Source: Betaproteobacteria bacterium (GTDB lineage: Bacteria > Pseudomonadota > Gammaproteobacteria > Burkholderiales > Burkholderiaceae_C). Taken from it: a stretch of 33,912 nucleotides of DNA. This document shows, one piece after another, positions 30,801 to 33,912 of this stretch (position 1 is the stretch's first letter; the number at the start of each line of letters is the position of its first letter). The stretch covers positions 1 to 33,912 of the forward strand of contig JAYUSP010000465.1 in the NCBI GenBank assembly GCA_043755615.1. Reading direction: 5' to 3'. The notes under the pieces were generated by a model that saw only the letters and a program-made list of their open reading frames with translations, made no database searches and had not been told where the DNA came from. A program made the position numbers and the translations under genes.

Positions 30801-33800
30801 CGGCCTGGCCCTGGTCACCGGTGGTGCTGCCGATGCGCACCAGGTCGTTGCCCAGGCCGGTCTCGATGCCCAGCGGGCCGGCGGCGCTCTCGACGTTGAC
30901 CTGGTCGTCGCCACCCTGGAAGCGCACCAGGGTCTGCGTGGTGTGGGTGCTCTCAACCGTCAGCACGTCGCCCTTGGCGCCGCTGTTGGCGGCGGTGCCG
31001 AAGTCGACGTCGAGCACCTCCAGGCCGGCGTACTGGAGCAGGCCGCCCGCGCCGAAGAAGCCCTGGTCGTCATTCGCCGGGCCAGTGGTCGGGCCGGCGG
31101 TGACGTGGTTGGCCAGGGTCGACGCCGTCAACGTCGCGAAGTTACGGGCACCGTCTGCCGAATCGTCAATGTCGACCACGTCGCGGTCCAGGCCGACGGT
31201 GGTGGCGGCGACGGTCTCGCCGTAGACCGCGAGCGTCGCGTCAATGCCGTTGGCCGTACCGCCGGTATTGCTGAAGACGGTGGTGCCCAGCCGCGCCTGC
31301 GAACCGACATAGACGACATCGCTGCCGGCCGCCATGTTCAGCGCGGTCGGCATCTCGATGGCCCGCACCGCGGCCCGGTCGGCGCCTTCGAGGAAGTTGA
31401 CCTCGACGGCCTCGACGCCGCGCAATCGCACCACCGTCCCGGCCTCGGACTCCTCGTCCACCTGGCCGTCCTCGTCGTTGTCGATGCCGTCGTCCAGCGG
31501 CACGCCGAAACGCACGCGCTGCTGGTCGGCCGCCGGGGAGTCGATGGTGACCCGGTCGGGCCCGTTGGTGCCGAACACGACGAGGCGGTCGCGGTCGCCC
31601 GCCGTGCCGTCGATGCGCACGATCCCCGGGTTGCCCGCGGCCGCGCTGACGACGTAGTGCTCGTAGTTCGCGTCGTTGGCGGCGTTGTCCAGCGTCGCGT
31701 CACCCCGCCAGGGCTGCGCCGACAGCACGTTGCCACCGACGGTGACGGCGTTGTCGAGGTCGCTGACGACCATCGTGTTGTTGCCGGCACCGCCCGTCAG
31801 TTCGGCCCGTTCGAAGAGTCCGGCCAGGTTCTCGGCTAGGGCGTCGGCCTGCCACCGGTCGGCGCGGTCGGTGACCTCGCTCGCCGGCGTGAGGCCGGTC
31901 TCGAAGTCGTCTGCCGAGCTCGCCTTCAACAACCGGCCGACAACGAAGAGGTTCTGGAACAGACCGAAGTCGAGGTCGAAGGTCTCGACCAGGGTGTCGG
32001 TGCCCCCGTCGTCGGCGAAGGTGTCCAGGCCGCTGTAGCCCGTCAGACGGTCGTCGCCGAAGCCGCCGTCGATCAGGTCGGCGAAGGGCGAGCCGCGCAG
32101 CACGTCGGGGCCGGCCTCGCCGTAAAGCTTCAGCGCCACGAGGTCGGTGGTCATCGCGCGGGCATCGACGTCGTCGGCGGCACCGGCCAGTCGGAACTGC
32201 AGGCTGTCGCCCTCGCTGCGGACGGTCTTGAGCAGCACCAGCGTCGTCGTGCCGGCCGCGTCGCCGTTCCAGCCGGCGCCGACGGCCGTGCTGCCGTCCG
32301 GCGTGGTCACGGTGAAGCGATCGACGCCGGACGTGCCGATGACGCGCACGGTGTCGGCCTCGCCACTTCCGGGATTGAGCTCGACCCGGCCGACCGCGCC
32401 GCCCTTCAGGCTGGCGACGTCGATGGTGTCGGCCTTCGCGCCGGTGTCCAGCGCGATGGTCTCGAAGTTCGACGCGTCGATACGGCCGCCGCCCAGCAGC
32501 AGCAGGCGGACCTGGCCGGCGAGCACGCTGTCCAGCGTCACCGCGTCGGCGGCGCCACCGGTGGTGCTCACCTCCAGCCGGTCGCCCCGGCCGTCCTCGG
32601 CGGACTCGCCTGCGTCGACGGTGGTCACCGGCACTTGGCCCAGCGTCAGCACCACCGTGTCGTCGCCACCGCCGGCCAGGATGACGTCCACGCCGCCACG
32701 GCCGGAAATCTGGTCGTCCTCGCCGCCGCCTTCGATGTGGTCCGGTCCGCCGCCACCAAAGATGACGTCACGGCCATCGGCATCACCATCCAAGGGGTCG
32801 TTCTGCGGGCCGGTGGTCGCGCCCGGCGCGTTGGCGCCGATGCGGTCGCCGTACAGGCGTCCGATGCCGCGTCCGTTGTGGACGATGTAGTCGGCGCCAC
32901 CACCGCCGACGAGGGTGGCGTTGCCGCCGGCCGCCTCCACGACGAGGTAGTCCTGGCCCGCGTCACCGTAGAGCCCGGCGTTGCCGGAGCCTTCCTGGAT
33001 GAAGACGTCGTCGCCGGCACCACCGTGGAACTCGACATCCGACGCCACACCCGAGCGCACATAGATGTGGTCGGCCCCGTTGCCACCGAATGCCACGATG
33101 CGCTTGACACCCGCGAACACCTGCTCGCGGCCGCTGAACTTCACGCGCACCGTCTCGCCATCGGGCGAGTCCGGGTCGCCGCCGACGTGCTCGATGATGT
33201 AGATCTCGTCGCCCGCCAGCTGACCGACTCCGCGGGACAGGTTGCGCGCCTCGCCCATATTGAGCACCAGCTCGCCGTCGTTCGCGGCAGGGGTCCAGAC
33301 CCGCACGTCGCCGTCCCGGTTGCCGGCCAGGTAGATCTTCCTCGGCAGCTCGATATAGCCGAGCGTGAAGCTCATGCGGATCGTGATGTCGAAGAAGAGG
33401 AAGGACACCGTCGCACGCGCCGACACCGTCACCGGCACGCGGCCTTCGCCCGACGCGGTGACGCTGAAGCCGATCGACACGCCCGCCAGCGTGATGCCGA
33501 AGGCGCGCAGCTTGGCCGACCCGCTGGCCTCGACCACGAAGTAGTACTCGGTGATCGTCGTCGAGCCTGCCACCAGGCGTTCACCGAAGCCGACGTGGAA
33601 GGAGAAGCTCGCGACGAGGCCGAAGTCGTTGGAGCCCAGCGTCAGACCGCCGTTCAACGCGATGTCGAAATAACCCTTTGAGTTGAACCAGCCGCTGGCC
33701 GACATCGTCGCGAGGCCGAAGAAGTCCATGCTGGCGTTGAAGCCGACGTACCAGCTGCCCAGCCCGCCGCGGCCGTTGGCAGAGATCAGGTCGTCGTCGC

Positions 33801-33912
33801 CGACGACGATGACGAACCCTGCGTTGAGCTTGAGCACCTCGAGGAACGAGATCGAGCCGTTCAACCCGAGCTTGAACCACTTGGCGCCCATCGCCACGCC
33901 GCCCAGCGTCTT
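6889..33912 (-). CDS. Giant secreted RTX/Calx-beta repeat surface protein (adhesin-like), >9,000 aa, 5'-partial
   Basis: A single open frame of 27 kb. It stays open upstream of the called GTG at 33897 (AAG ACG CTG GGC GGC GTG...), so the true start is outside the window. It is G/D/T/A/V-rich, has dozens of GGxGxD nonapeptides, and no Cys was seen on reading. Stop TAA at 6889-6891. Confidence 0.95.
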   Translation of the reverse strand, partial: KTLGGVAMGAKWFKLGLNGSISFLEVLKLNAGFVIVVGDDDLISANGRGGLGSWYVGFNASMDFFGLATMSASGWFNSKGYFDIALNGGLTLGSNDFGLVASFSFHVGFGERLVAGSTTITEYYFVVEASGSAKLRAFGITLAGVSIGFSVTASGEGRVPVTVSARATVSFLFFDITIRMSFTLGYIELPRKIYLAGNRDGDVRVWTPAANDGELVLNMGEARNLSRGVGQLAGDEIYIIEHVGGDPDSPDGETVRVKFSGREQVFAGVKRIVAFGGNGADHIYVRSGVASDVEFHGGAGDDVFIQEGSGNAGLYGDAGQDYLVVEAAGGNATLVGGGGADYIVHNGRGIGRLYGDRIGANAPGATTGPQNDPLDGDADGRDVIFGGGGPDHIEGGGEDDQISGRGGVDVILAGGGDDTVVLTLGQVPVTTVDAGESAEDGRGDRLEVSTTGGAADAVTLDSVLAGQVRLLLLGGGRIDASNFETIALDTGAKADTIDVASLKGGAVGRVELNPGSGEADTVRVIGTSGVDRFTVTTPDGSTAVGAGWNGDAAGTTTLVLLKTVRSEGDSLQFRLAGAADDVDARAMTTDLVALKLYGEAGPDVLRGSPFADLIDGGFGDDRLTGYSGLDTFADDGGTDTLVETFDLDFGLFQNLFVVGRLLKASSADDFETGLTPASEVTDRADRWQADALAENLAGLFERAELTGGAGNNTMVVSDLDNAVTVGGNVLSAQPWRGDATLDNAANDANYEHYVVSAAAGNPGIVRIDGTAGDRDRLVVFGTNGPDRVTIDSPAADQQRVRFGVPLDDGIDNDEDGQVDEESEAGTVVRLRGVEAVEVNFLEGADRAAVRAIEMPTALNMAAGSDVVYVGSQARLGTTVFSNTGGTANGIDATLAVYGETVAATTVGLDRDVVDIDDSADGARNFATLTASTLANHVTAGPTTGPANDDQGFFGAGGLLQYAGLEVLDVDFGTAANSGAKGDVLTVESTHTTQTLVRFQGGDDQVNVESAAGPLGIETGLGNDLVRIGSTTGDQGQADHVIQTAGNVFVPSTSVLNAGSTSLFRARVSLGDQGGADDQLVVLDNADTVQGERGTLAAAEILGLGMIGGLGYVGFEQLDLRLGDANNELYIAGTHGGTTRIDLGDESVGVIVPNAVHDVVNIDTIAGPTVIEGGSGNDVFRVNYDEQGRQTSRNGVTSTLSLVGEAGSDSYFIGLAGTASAVINVYDQSGGDAGVNTLEVLGTNEADFFLFRANKNTGHAMVAAVQVDDDRQPVVNGSLERVNYDGDIDDIRVRGRAGNDTFVLDDTLGRLQVFGDAGNDTFQVGQVFASARDETNPLNGLTQEDDWFQTTQVTRGFLSNGISEPATLNGGAGNDNFTVYSNKAELFLNGDEDDDTFTVRAFVRVDPSDPKAPYTNINGGQGADFIAFNVNAPVRIDGGDGFDTLTVIGTEFGDDFVVTDQGVYGAGLFVTYQGLEKIIVDALEGNDRFFIQSTSERVALEVVGGLGSDTFNVGGSNGLPVTVVSNDLTGHSGLILQQISRNDPLFLNAWLTAVGTEIADNDEAGVVISLPDGALRVFESVLHDYSLFTVRRYTVVLSRAPEESVQITATASALRETDAAAGGLGVGLASTATGTPSANGLTLLFTRDNWYVPQTVYVTALDDTLAEGRRAIAIQHTVVQGGSAADGGAYDGLAVTGLSVDVIDDDVAQLIVLPERDTGSVVVAEDPNATLALRGDSYVLLLTKSPTAAVTVGLQTVGADGQPDSEAFLRGSATGAAITSVDFATADWWQPRRVFVDARDDSVREATHFSRVRHTIAASSINAFLGGTRDGVGDGLADKVNADLDQSATASYDAANDRLTIAGPAFEYGFSTPYTSATLALAGTPHAGENWIVVVNGASYAHTVTAGQTLANVASALRTRLAATGLTVGGSAAAVALSAPVTGNVLFSVRFAVTGGDNRDGTATITGVPTLPPQPDLANSQRAYVVATLTPVLPVTTLGVQWAVELDGTRYTVTGDSGETPESLATKLAARINAGGTYFARYGAATVTLSVGEGVTTVASGEVWTLKLNGVAYAYTTAVGDTLAKVAKGLEQRLAAAGYNVAVDEVDAVVEIAGVGSNQPFNIAFEFHSDIATAVGVGTIVGQQVGGTLSIERRDGGPFTAVSLRADNPAAIFAASGSFGSAAQGSVFSTTHWSRLSLVLAESAVFAAGATWTLVLGQDVDAAPPSAAQRTGFAYTVGANRDVTIPDALDIQIIDNDAPGILVTPSGTGTQLIEPTETILIGTGYVSQPSSTVLELRGTVAVGQTWGLILSGTPYTFTVTASEAPLQSSTPGSSRTNQDSLAIIAAKLAQLVNTAGVVSASVDANAVDAGSILLSDTAAFTVAYKLVDPATPANNLVGLIGDFGQAVFVEQGIHDSVFLAIDLDQAKWNRNSDPNVTDATVLPHVTVLGTGDDTTDFYKFEITEAMLAAGGVRAVFDIDHGFDLNDPLVWASLLKLYKLTDPADPNQPRLPTLIAQGTGFSFDRDPGSTLFWDDYLEFVFNEEGTYYVEVTSWYPNAGVVPTGADYQLHVSLQRHDENTFLFATQPLAESELANNASTGQPLDGDGTDGTNFFTFFDPTIGNRLYGGSVDSSQPYARVQGAGDGSYDIYRFVVSPAMLSANAGGVNSAGSTEDGSDFFTAVSLRLQGQVRSGDVWSLGLRYVNYSYTYDATSYDQNVAAGFDNARHLAYVADQLLGKLKASPRYATSNQWVSGVSGSVVPDGSGAVLNFADARGFNLVGQPVTITAGDNDSPPPGTTPGVVQQVKSAATITTLYQPAYDLGTLGGSSALGTAVDFASATLTIASVRTGDTWRLYLNDTLVRTTTATSTSTTAMAAALDDAGTLSAASGSTLTVSGRIRLEIDANAGSTSPSDAPLTVRGTPAAQSGTGTLSAAVEAVLWTEVEVTLGGSIFQGETWTLSIVGTALAASYVVPAFNTGTGAIGDDFRSDLGLAANSGSSVVRIPASKLAGGAAVNFGITRATADGSVTASSVAGWAFDVNSRTVTVNDVWKLTLESAVSYNVTATATTIDSTAEMADAIAKAINDGAATSGPKVNYRAVVEGGRYVVVLRVSGNASAVPTLAVDTAASNSDADLDVTRATVDVRRLVVDTGTAGAREGETWQVSVASALTVSADTAALDDAGVAAGLAANITAATYAAVHVTGASDLFVFRHDRAAFASGELAVSAPAAPQVAGTASATGTPKAVWFQSIALDSAGAGPSAYLANDVWIVTVGSETARARVATTALAATLASIAAELSELSGISASADSTGTRLLVRSSGGGVLAIAPVAQERATAATSAVPSTPYTAGEHYQTAVFDLGSDYFGGWVSGERWSLTVDGKVSSYTVPSVYDANGRVVVTEGNRNLQTIANGLAAAIEADHPELNATVLVTLTTAQGKVTGGSVSIRIDDGSGAPTPTAQHDPFTIAGARGGSIKAVFDIDRATLVRTIDYVMYPRLELLNASGQVIATAGYNPDRTGDGVPDAVDAGSELNGYFEPFLQFTFGGDSGFGAGTYFVRVTSAVKYTFLPGYEFDIGGVYPGIGYELNVSLPRHVTNQNQLTLEGNTLTIVDGSGKGQTGRIVDYNPETKQFTLDSVNAWTGAPTASSRYEITTRASAIAGYFTSAPLTDRYEVVLTAPLTGTGSELVIDVLPIKTRTYDSDQAFNPALGFGEAKEVQVHVATDRAQLTLGGSVRTGDTWLVVVGVVGELRLSMESLFDDVRADLADDGNLNGSHRGLSVTALANGTVTNYNGSGWAVLRYTVDAGATLDTVRTALQSRLDALVTANAVGQDYTLEVDAARQQITLKGGRAFFVGTAVTPDTAGRYEVEPWRRDGEFDYLTVELYGEPRVGEVWTLTVNDASSATPVQVATATYTVTFGDTPAVIAAALANLLQSSAALDVTLRGRTLTIDNAVTASVRPLAAVVAIQAGSATLTPGRIDLVHQLRFVGDTADAHSWNVPQTVTVMAIDDRFVDGGDALVFPSFEERVNRIRGPLSIQGGPTVGQERFLNDPFRMPNETNDPLPDGNLDSVTTDGQGDGQITDDEAFHFNSQTGERPGFDPRMNDFLFAFTFLNGQADGVYLDVQSVSQEILSVSDDTPFTVAVSIDNGSTTVSNGAGTRFVFSGTPDQGELAALTWLEAVVRLTGQPNIGDVWRLTVGGTEYRYQVTEGFRSMAVIARGLAAAINGNAATTVDVRNALTGATATSYGNAMLRLNGVVFAGQVWTLGLLSRSYTVTADADDTLNDIAAKLASALAAGPSALFANITDQAAQLDNGEVRANANTLQIVSSTAFTPTLTGTRQAGAVAYRAEAVVDLLGNSRIRITPNPDNLSAPAHFAIAATVTTGGSANGAASALAKFVVGGTPLQSLLTTAVGWTAAAIELLPGGFAASETWTLRLNGTAYEASGTSVAAITTGLADVVPTDYLPLVSGYTVTFTDPWPTYVTTTVPFADTPVVGQTWVLQIDVGDVSLEFTRVVLAGDTLASLAAAFAAAINADGTDNLTAVVRNGAQLEIVDIANQTKAVRFAIAGVASVQTVPTAVASLKKPTGDTRTGGLFEAGDLYFYTPVNPNVRVSEETQVDVLNVFHGNSPSDDRGTLSSTSLTGLGMGGDTVIGGRVIAGGITYADLELVSIELGYGNDLFTVASTHRGATFVNSGQGADRVVVKTIAGPTTIDTGADPDRIEVGSDAAVLDSLAALLTVVGGGDRQDTPASIAAGLAALISASGGYTAVVQPDGRLRVTAASAFAATATVVPVSGSRDGAMTLVAAANQVYFAFGGAPVAGEAWRVVLDDGTGARTFTFTVRPGDVLVLDDSGDDNANVGTVTGDTVTGLDMPTIAEVQLLTVQAVAGTYRVSVADQRIDTVGALSTLVSLTGSPSAGDVWTLTLRIGGVDHRFSTTAAAGSTAAGIAAIFGAAVNADTALGLRAVVDGTVLALVGSAGAAYTTSVDVARATSGTAGTTATTAAATAQTLNLSGTPVAGDVWTVTVRVGAATAGSISETVVAGDTLVSLAQRLATKLGTVAGYMAKADGPAVVVANAAGTAFTLSASVVRAVQTPPLGAYPAQATAAGTVRTVTLGGSAAAGEIWRVTLTAGAVSSTHAYTVPAGGATLTAISAALVAAIEQDGSVNYTAVASGATLQVVNRTGQAFTAVAQIVPVPLAVVQGAANPVTRIVLAGPVTAGASWSVTLGPVGAAGDAFTATAGADLATTAAALATAINAGSSAYAARAFGSELVIVSLAGTAFDTVLTAANVEVRAGAAVATLAVDASIDTVRSTLRTLYGAGGVDVEAVASAAGTHTWRVSFVRELGGLDVADMAWAETVFNTGLLAGDDASVKVEIVKLQDGSLVSQSNNVETITIGATGGSFRIAFKLLQPDGTLQQRWTPALPWNVDALGLYKAISPILNPNGSTIDIDDEFDRITRNDALPFTDNVRVARDGAVIRIAFQGAYAKLSVDDVDTTGLLGPARSVAIAVAPLAGSTTATLTLVSAAGGTSVFTATAATASALQTALAAAVNRFGLPGYSASTVDGLLVVVSVAGNTFTATLAGAASVIEPALAPVATRVDGVTYLGIDTLDLRLGRGNDVLNVRGTSATTVVSLGAGDERVYVSSTADFDLATDTDFLTGHLHDLLGTLQLDMSAGRHQLMISDEASTVADGSAAQRVLVTDQASRARARDAMLVSTAELYVVGLAVGTITISADATGHFAEGLTIWSGFGNDWFDVDGSFQRTLTDALGRGIRSTTTMNTGLGNDDVLLDLDSGEDGFFVLNLQGAHGVDPASLPANGAHDDYLAVDDDDVVDGSASTLPLIVFGGQGVDTLRGGSSDDLLFGDRGRVAYVDTSGTVVALLGGGGPGDFTDGVERHEARLYTVDAIVGDGDTLRGGAGSDLLLGGVNGDTIEAGGGDNVVIGDHGLIDFVVADGDDADIDLIQTLDPDIGGSDVITAGSGFDIVFGGEDGERLANKTIASPLNVTRSVVLDPVRDGDQIDAGAGRNIVFGDNGRLVAATADATRYVAAAPGAALHVTMTLGLAETLDSLIGGADSITTGDGDDIVLGGIDGDTIGAGNGNNIVLGDSGLIDWTAKDAGRAYTAAGVAPAGALAGDDSNPADIDRIVATDASHGGNDRIVTGAGTDLIIAGEDGETVIDAAIPAGTGIENATAVARSVVADPTGDGDVVDAGSGDNLVFGDVGRVLAAAADTSRFGDLPITLGRVESTDTLVGGSDSITTGIGADIVLGGIDADTIVANSGEGTLPDRGNIVFGDAALIDWTAAERGGLLAGDDTDPSDLDRLWSVDPSHGGSDQITTGAGHDLVIAGEDGELVIGIEIAGSGAPETVVADLVRGDGDAVNAGVGDNVVFGDAGRITAAARAASTTLAAPIFGRTDLVMGRVESVEADTLIGGSDTLNSGAGKDLIVGGIDADTIDAGDGDNIVFGDSGLVDWAASERGGLLAGDDSDPADLDRIESVAPSHGGSDRITTGAGHDIVIAGEDGELVVGIQVAGSGAAEVVTADAVRGDGDVVNAGEDHNLVIGDNGEIRAAALSSRFLGTQPITLGSVRTVASPVGGSDTITTGSGNNIVLGGIDADTVQAGNGQNIVLGDSGGIDWAARERGGLLSGDDNDPTDLDRIFSTDTDQGGSDRITTGSGHDIVIGGEDGELWSGIEVAGSGAPEVQSVPTLDGDVIDAGDGNNLVFGDNGEVSAAAQNAPQSGRSDITLGLLTTTSPTIGGNDTVYTGLGYDIVFGGTQADTLDVNDGEAYVRATTGGRDLDNIVLGDHGFVDYTAADPSRGYAARPAPANGAQWGDDAVAADIDRIATTDPIDGGDDLITSGAGFDFVFGGTGNDRITAGAGSDLVFADHGKVEAINPLRAAGVFGNGGVIARALPMAGNADYAAITQLAGWTGYQDPFVFTSIDTRNVDIDARYTLGAESGADIVFGEDGDDIVIGGQGGDRLYGGNDDDDLIGGHNVAGGEDGGDRIDGGADLAGNSSAIAGETDHDVILGDNGNLLRQGDRLSPRFQVLTGNVIYGDTVNGGADGQALVAGRDQFNPRNVESRTITVFDVADASIGGTTSGADYIAGGPDDDVILGQLGNDVLIGDGEMADDLIGGGRTSLRGNAVTTIVAGPHPVDAGAGRPTLGAWDPSQPLLVSPSNERATDGDDYLEGNGGNDVLFGNLGQDDLVGGSSSLFAGLKGAETLRPDGTDLLFGGAGTAVDLARNSFGDADNRRDADTLAGDNANIFRLVGKGNVDNTAANAAFLRFNYDNALYTGAGWIAPRAVALLDYTAGGPDTAAAVLAAGGDNGAADELHGESGDDTAYGMTGNDVIYGEAGNDDLLGGWGHDWISGGTGDDGVLGDDGRIYTSRNTDAGEPLYGVAGIPAAQRDLLISTPGNLQQATINPTNDLRKAVNLTPFNVQGGTLQSPYYDALYADDLIFGGLGDDYLHGGSGDDLISGAEALPVAVFEQFASYTNPVNNRTGSFVRSDYTMPYNPGNVPGFAARKAEEFAAYDEYEPLKKIMPGGVEYVANFAAADVGAPTAGTVTNNGVTKTAYTDGDDNLFGDLGNDWMVGGTGRDHLYGGYGNDLHNGDDDLGSAAQAVKGQTDPLANNTPDTGLSYEDIAYGGAGRDVLIGNTGGDRLIDWVGEFNSYLVPFAPFGAFAISRQLSPNLMEYLYKLSAADGADATRDTDEGRAASDPRNGEPVGELGLVLQKDNDWQDQTGAPADPQPGNIPGGRRDVLRGQNFNNVTATVDPTGTLVGFAADSGNWTVANGRLEVAPSGLGGDAASVFYVDQYLPVYFEISAVINGAKPVAGSKANAYLVFDYASPTDFKFAGINISTNKFEMGRRTAAGWVVDVQTPVQVKPDTDYNLLLSINGLTATLRIDNVSYFTHTFAARVDAFGVSHGLSHGLVGLGADNATARVDDLIVQVLPPGLTRDLSEDFDDGVNNAFIGGVQSGTAAVAADRLTLTPAVAGGTALSTFDIGRTLAPRSYLEITTTLRTVTLAGVAFDTYATNDFKFAAIDVSNQRVVIGHVDPRRGQVIDATAAMVLTANTDYSLQVTLKDTTASIVVNGTVVTSTAFNAGVVDGRFGLLATGGASSVDVFRARTNDDGFIGAPAWVSVADTTVFEGSAGSASVSFTLTLSAAATATTTVNWTTLAGTATAGSDFVAASGIVTFAAGATTATISVTLVGDTAAEPDETFKLVLSNPAGATLGDNVGLVTIANDDTATPTTPVLVVAATDATGAEAGPDVLVFTVTRGGLTSSSVTANLLWAGTALRVTDYAVSIAGGTLGLNAATVTLAANVTTATITLTPVNDVIAEGAETATLALASGTGYVLGATTSASGTITDNDVATLTVANVAVTEGNTGTTNATLTFTLSNAASTATSVAWATVAGTASAGSDFTAASGMVSFAAGVKTATVTVAVVGETVFEAAETFQAALSNPVGLTLGTTAATVTINNDDSFVPRLSVAATDANGAEAAGDTIVFTVTRGDNLATAVTVNLTWGGTAVRVTDYAVTATGGTLGTNAATIALAVNVTAATITLTPLNDAIAEAAETATLTLAAGTGYVLGAPVSASGTITDNDVATLSIANGSTTEGNVGSKTLGVAVTLSTPSSSAISFSWATSAGTATAGADYTTATGSLTIAAGSTTATVTVTILGDQIKELNEIFTVTLSNATVAFSKASATVTIVDDEAALTAAGTPNAASPQPVVNAPQVDAALQQATAAWRAEGADVGALAAVRVVVTDLPELMLGLADGSTVYLDRDAAGFGWQAISLAEVLRHELGHVLGLDHDDEPGDVMAATLAVQVAPAAAPAMSPFGRVEANADSRAAATPPTMAASAAPAARGAASTLQAGQILQARWAASWPAAEAPWRPSLAERPAAGLDVDARADGNRTTASVDAPSPANARQPARGDAALASARGGDLAEATAEKTATIVETAREAADPVPRSAAGALDPGWWWELPRRGAPGMLTDMRTR
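7420..7745 (-). other. Matrixin-like (M10/metzincin) zinc metalloprotease domain of the giant protein
   Basis: HELGHVLGLDH (7453-7485) fits HExxHxxGxxH. Met-turn DVMAATL (Met at 7429-7431). Upstream TDLP..LGLA..VYLDRDAAGFGW. Confidence 0.85.
7750..9480 (-). repeat. Five Calx-beta domains in A-B-A-B-A order
   Basis: Type A: V.EG...FTLTLS..V.W.T..GTA.AG.D[FY]...G..TFAAG.T...ETF...LSN..TI.[ND]DD. Type B: AATDA.GAEA..FTVTRG..W.GTA.RVTDY..LTP.ND.IAE.AETATL.LA.GTGYVLG..ASGTITDND. The DNA CGTTGTCGGTGATCGTGCCGCTGGCGCT recurs at 8082 and 8781 (699-nt period). Confidence 0.9.
9500..10600 (-). other. Two tandem concanavalin-A-like (LamG/lectin-type beta-sandwich) domains
   Basis: Paired motifs: SGNWTVANGRL..VFDYASPTDFKFAGI..DTDYNLLLSING..GLVGLG..VDDLIV, and SGTAAVAADRL..AFDTYATNDFKFAAI..NTDYSLQVTLKD..GRFGLL..VDVFRA. 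The fold is assigned by pattern only. Confidence 0.6.
10610..13290 (-). repeat. C-proximal RTX (hemolysin-type Ca-binding) block with elaborated loops
   Basis: Runs such as HGESGDDTAYGMTGNDVIYGEAGNDDLLGGWGHDWISGGTGDD, FGGLGDDYLHGGSGDD and FGDLGNDWMVGGTGRDHLYGGYGND. Confidence 0.9.
13290..16400 (-). repeat. Tandem array of ~6 long (~165-190 aa) RTX-derived repeats
   Basis: Unit: [FLI]GDxGxxD[WFY]..GDD.D..D[LI]DR....GGxDxIxxGxGxDxxxxGEDGE..DGDxxxAGxGxN. The D[WFY] anchor recurs near 16070, 15581, 15017, 14501, 14009 and 13484, giving spacings of 489, 564, 516, 492 and 525 nt. Confidence 0.9.
17270..28290 (-). repeat. Dispersed family of ~20+ divergent ~90-110 aa repeats, consensus L.G....G[ED].W.L.(L/V)....Y.V..GDT...IA..LA..IN
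   Basis: Copies near 28270, 27915, 27730, 27000, 25835, 25370, 24775, 24440, 24120, 23805, 22250, 21350, 21140, 20635, 20435, 19455, 19165, 18860, 18555 and 18260. Example: LSGTPVAGDVWTVTV...VAGDTLVSLAQRLATKL. Confidence 0.8.
23146..26600 (-). other. Two PPC-like (pre-peptidase C-terminal) beta-sandwich domains, the second interrupted by a large insertion
   Basis: Copy 1 (26600-26190): DFYKF..AVFDID..LKLY..DPGS..YLEFVF.EEGTYYVEV..YQLHVSL. Copy 2: DIYRF (~25970), then AVFDID..LELL..DAGS..FLQFTF..GTYFVRV..YELNVSL (23500-23146). Confidence 0.65.
29370..33100 (-). repeat. N-proximal RTX/beta-solenoid region
   Basis: FGGNGAD, HGGAGDD, FGGGGPDHIEGGGEDDQISGRGGVDVILAGGGDD, DGGFGDD, EGGSGND, FGDAGND, NGGAGND, NGGQGAD, DGGDGFD, VGGLGSD. 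Confidence 0.85.

Noticed and set aside
9736-33681. Very long plus-strand ORFs (e.g. 13252..18675, 19129..22290, 26191..29124, 29167..31839)
   Set aside because: Antisense mirrors of the giant gene's biased codon usage; V/A/R/D/H-rich with no domain signatures.
33889-33897. GTG 33897 or ATG 33891 as the true start of the giant gene
   Set aside because: The frame is open to the window edge, the sequence is mid-domain, and no leader is evident.

Overview
High-GC bacterial DNA (probably proteobacterial; inference only), almost entirely one minus-strand locus. A giant secreted protein gene (>9,000 aa, 5' end outside the window, 6889..>33912) is followed by three tightly packed export genes. These are a GAF-domain membrane-fusion (HlyD-like) protein, a PqqD-like/M50 site-2-protease/HlyD fusion, and a C-terminally truncated secondary SecA ATPase. 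Together they look like a non-canonical type-I-like secretion system. No ABC transporter or TolC is present in the window, and a SecA motor plus an intramembrane protease appear to fill the inner-membrane role. To my recollection this gene association has been noted bioinformatically, but I know of no mechanistic characterisation. The giant protein carries RTX-type Ca-binding repeats, two ConA-like domains, five Calx-beta domains and a minimal metzincin near its C-terminus. Its central ~12 kb shows a nested 'Russian-doll' layout in which domains are split by insertions of other domains. These include ~20 copies of a tail-sheath/flagellin-IN-like repeat, one of them circularly permuted. At the left edge, the left end of an IS66 element sits inside a tyrosine-integrase gene, suggesting a decaying island boundary. 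All family assignments come from motif recognition by eye; no database searches were run, and internal domain coordinates are approximate.
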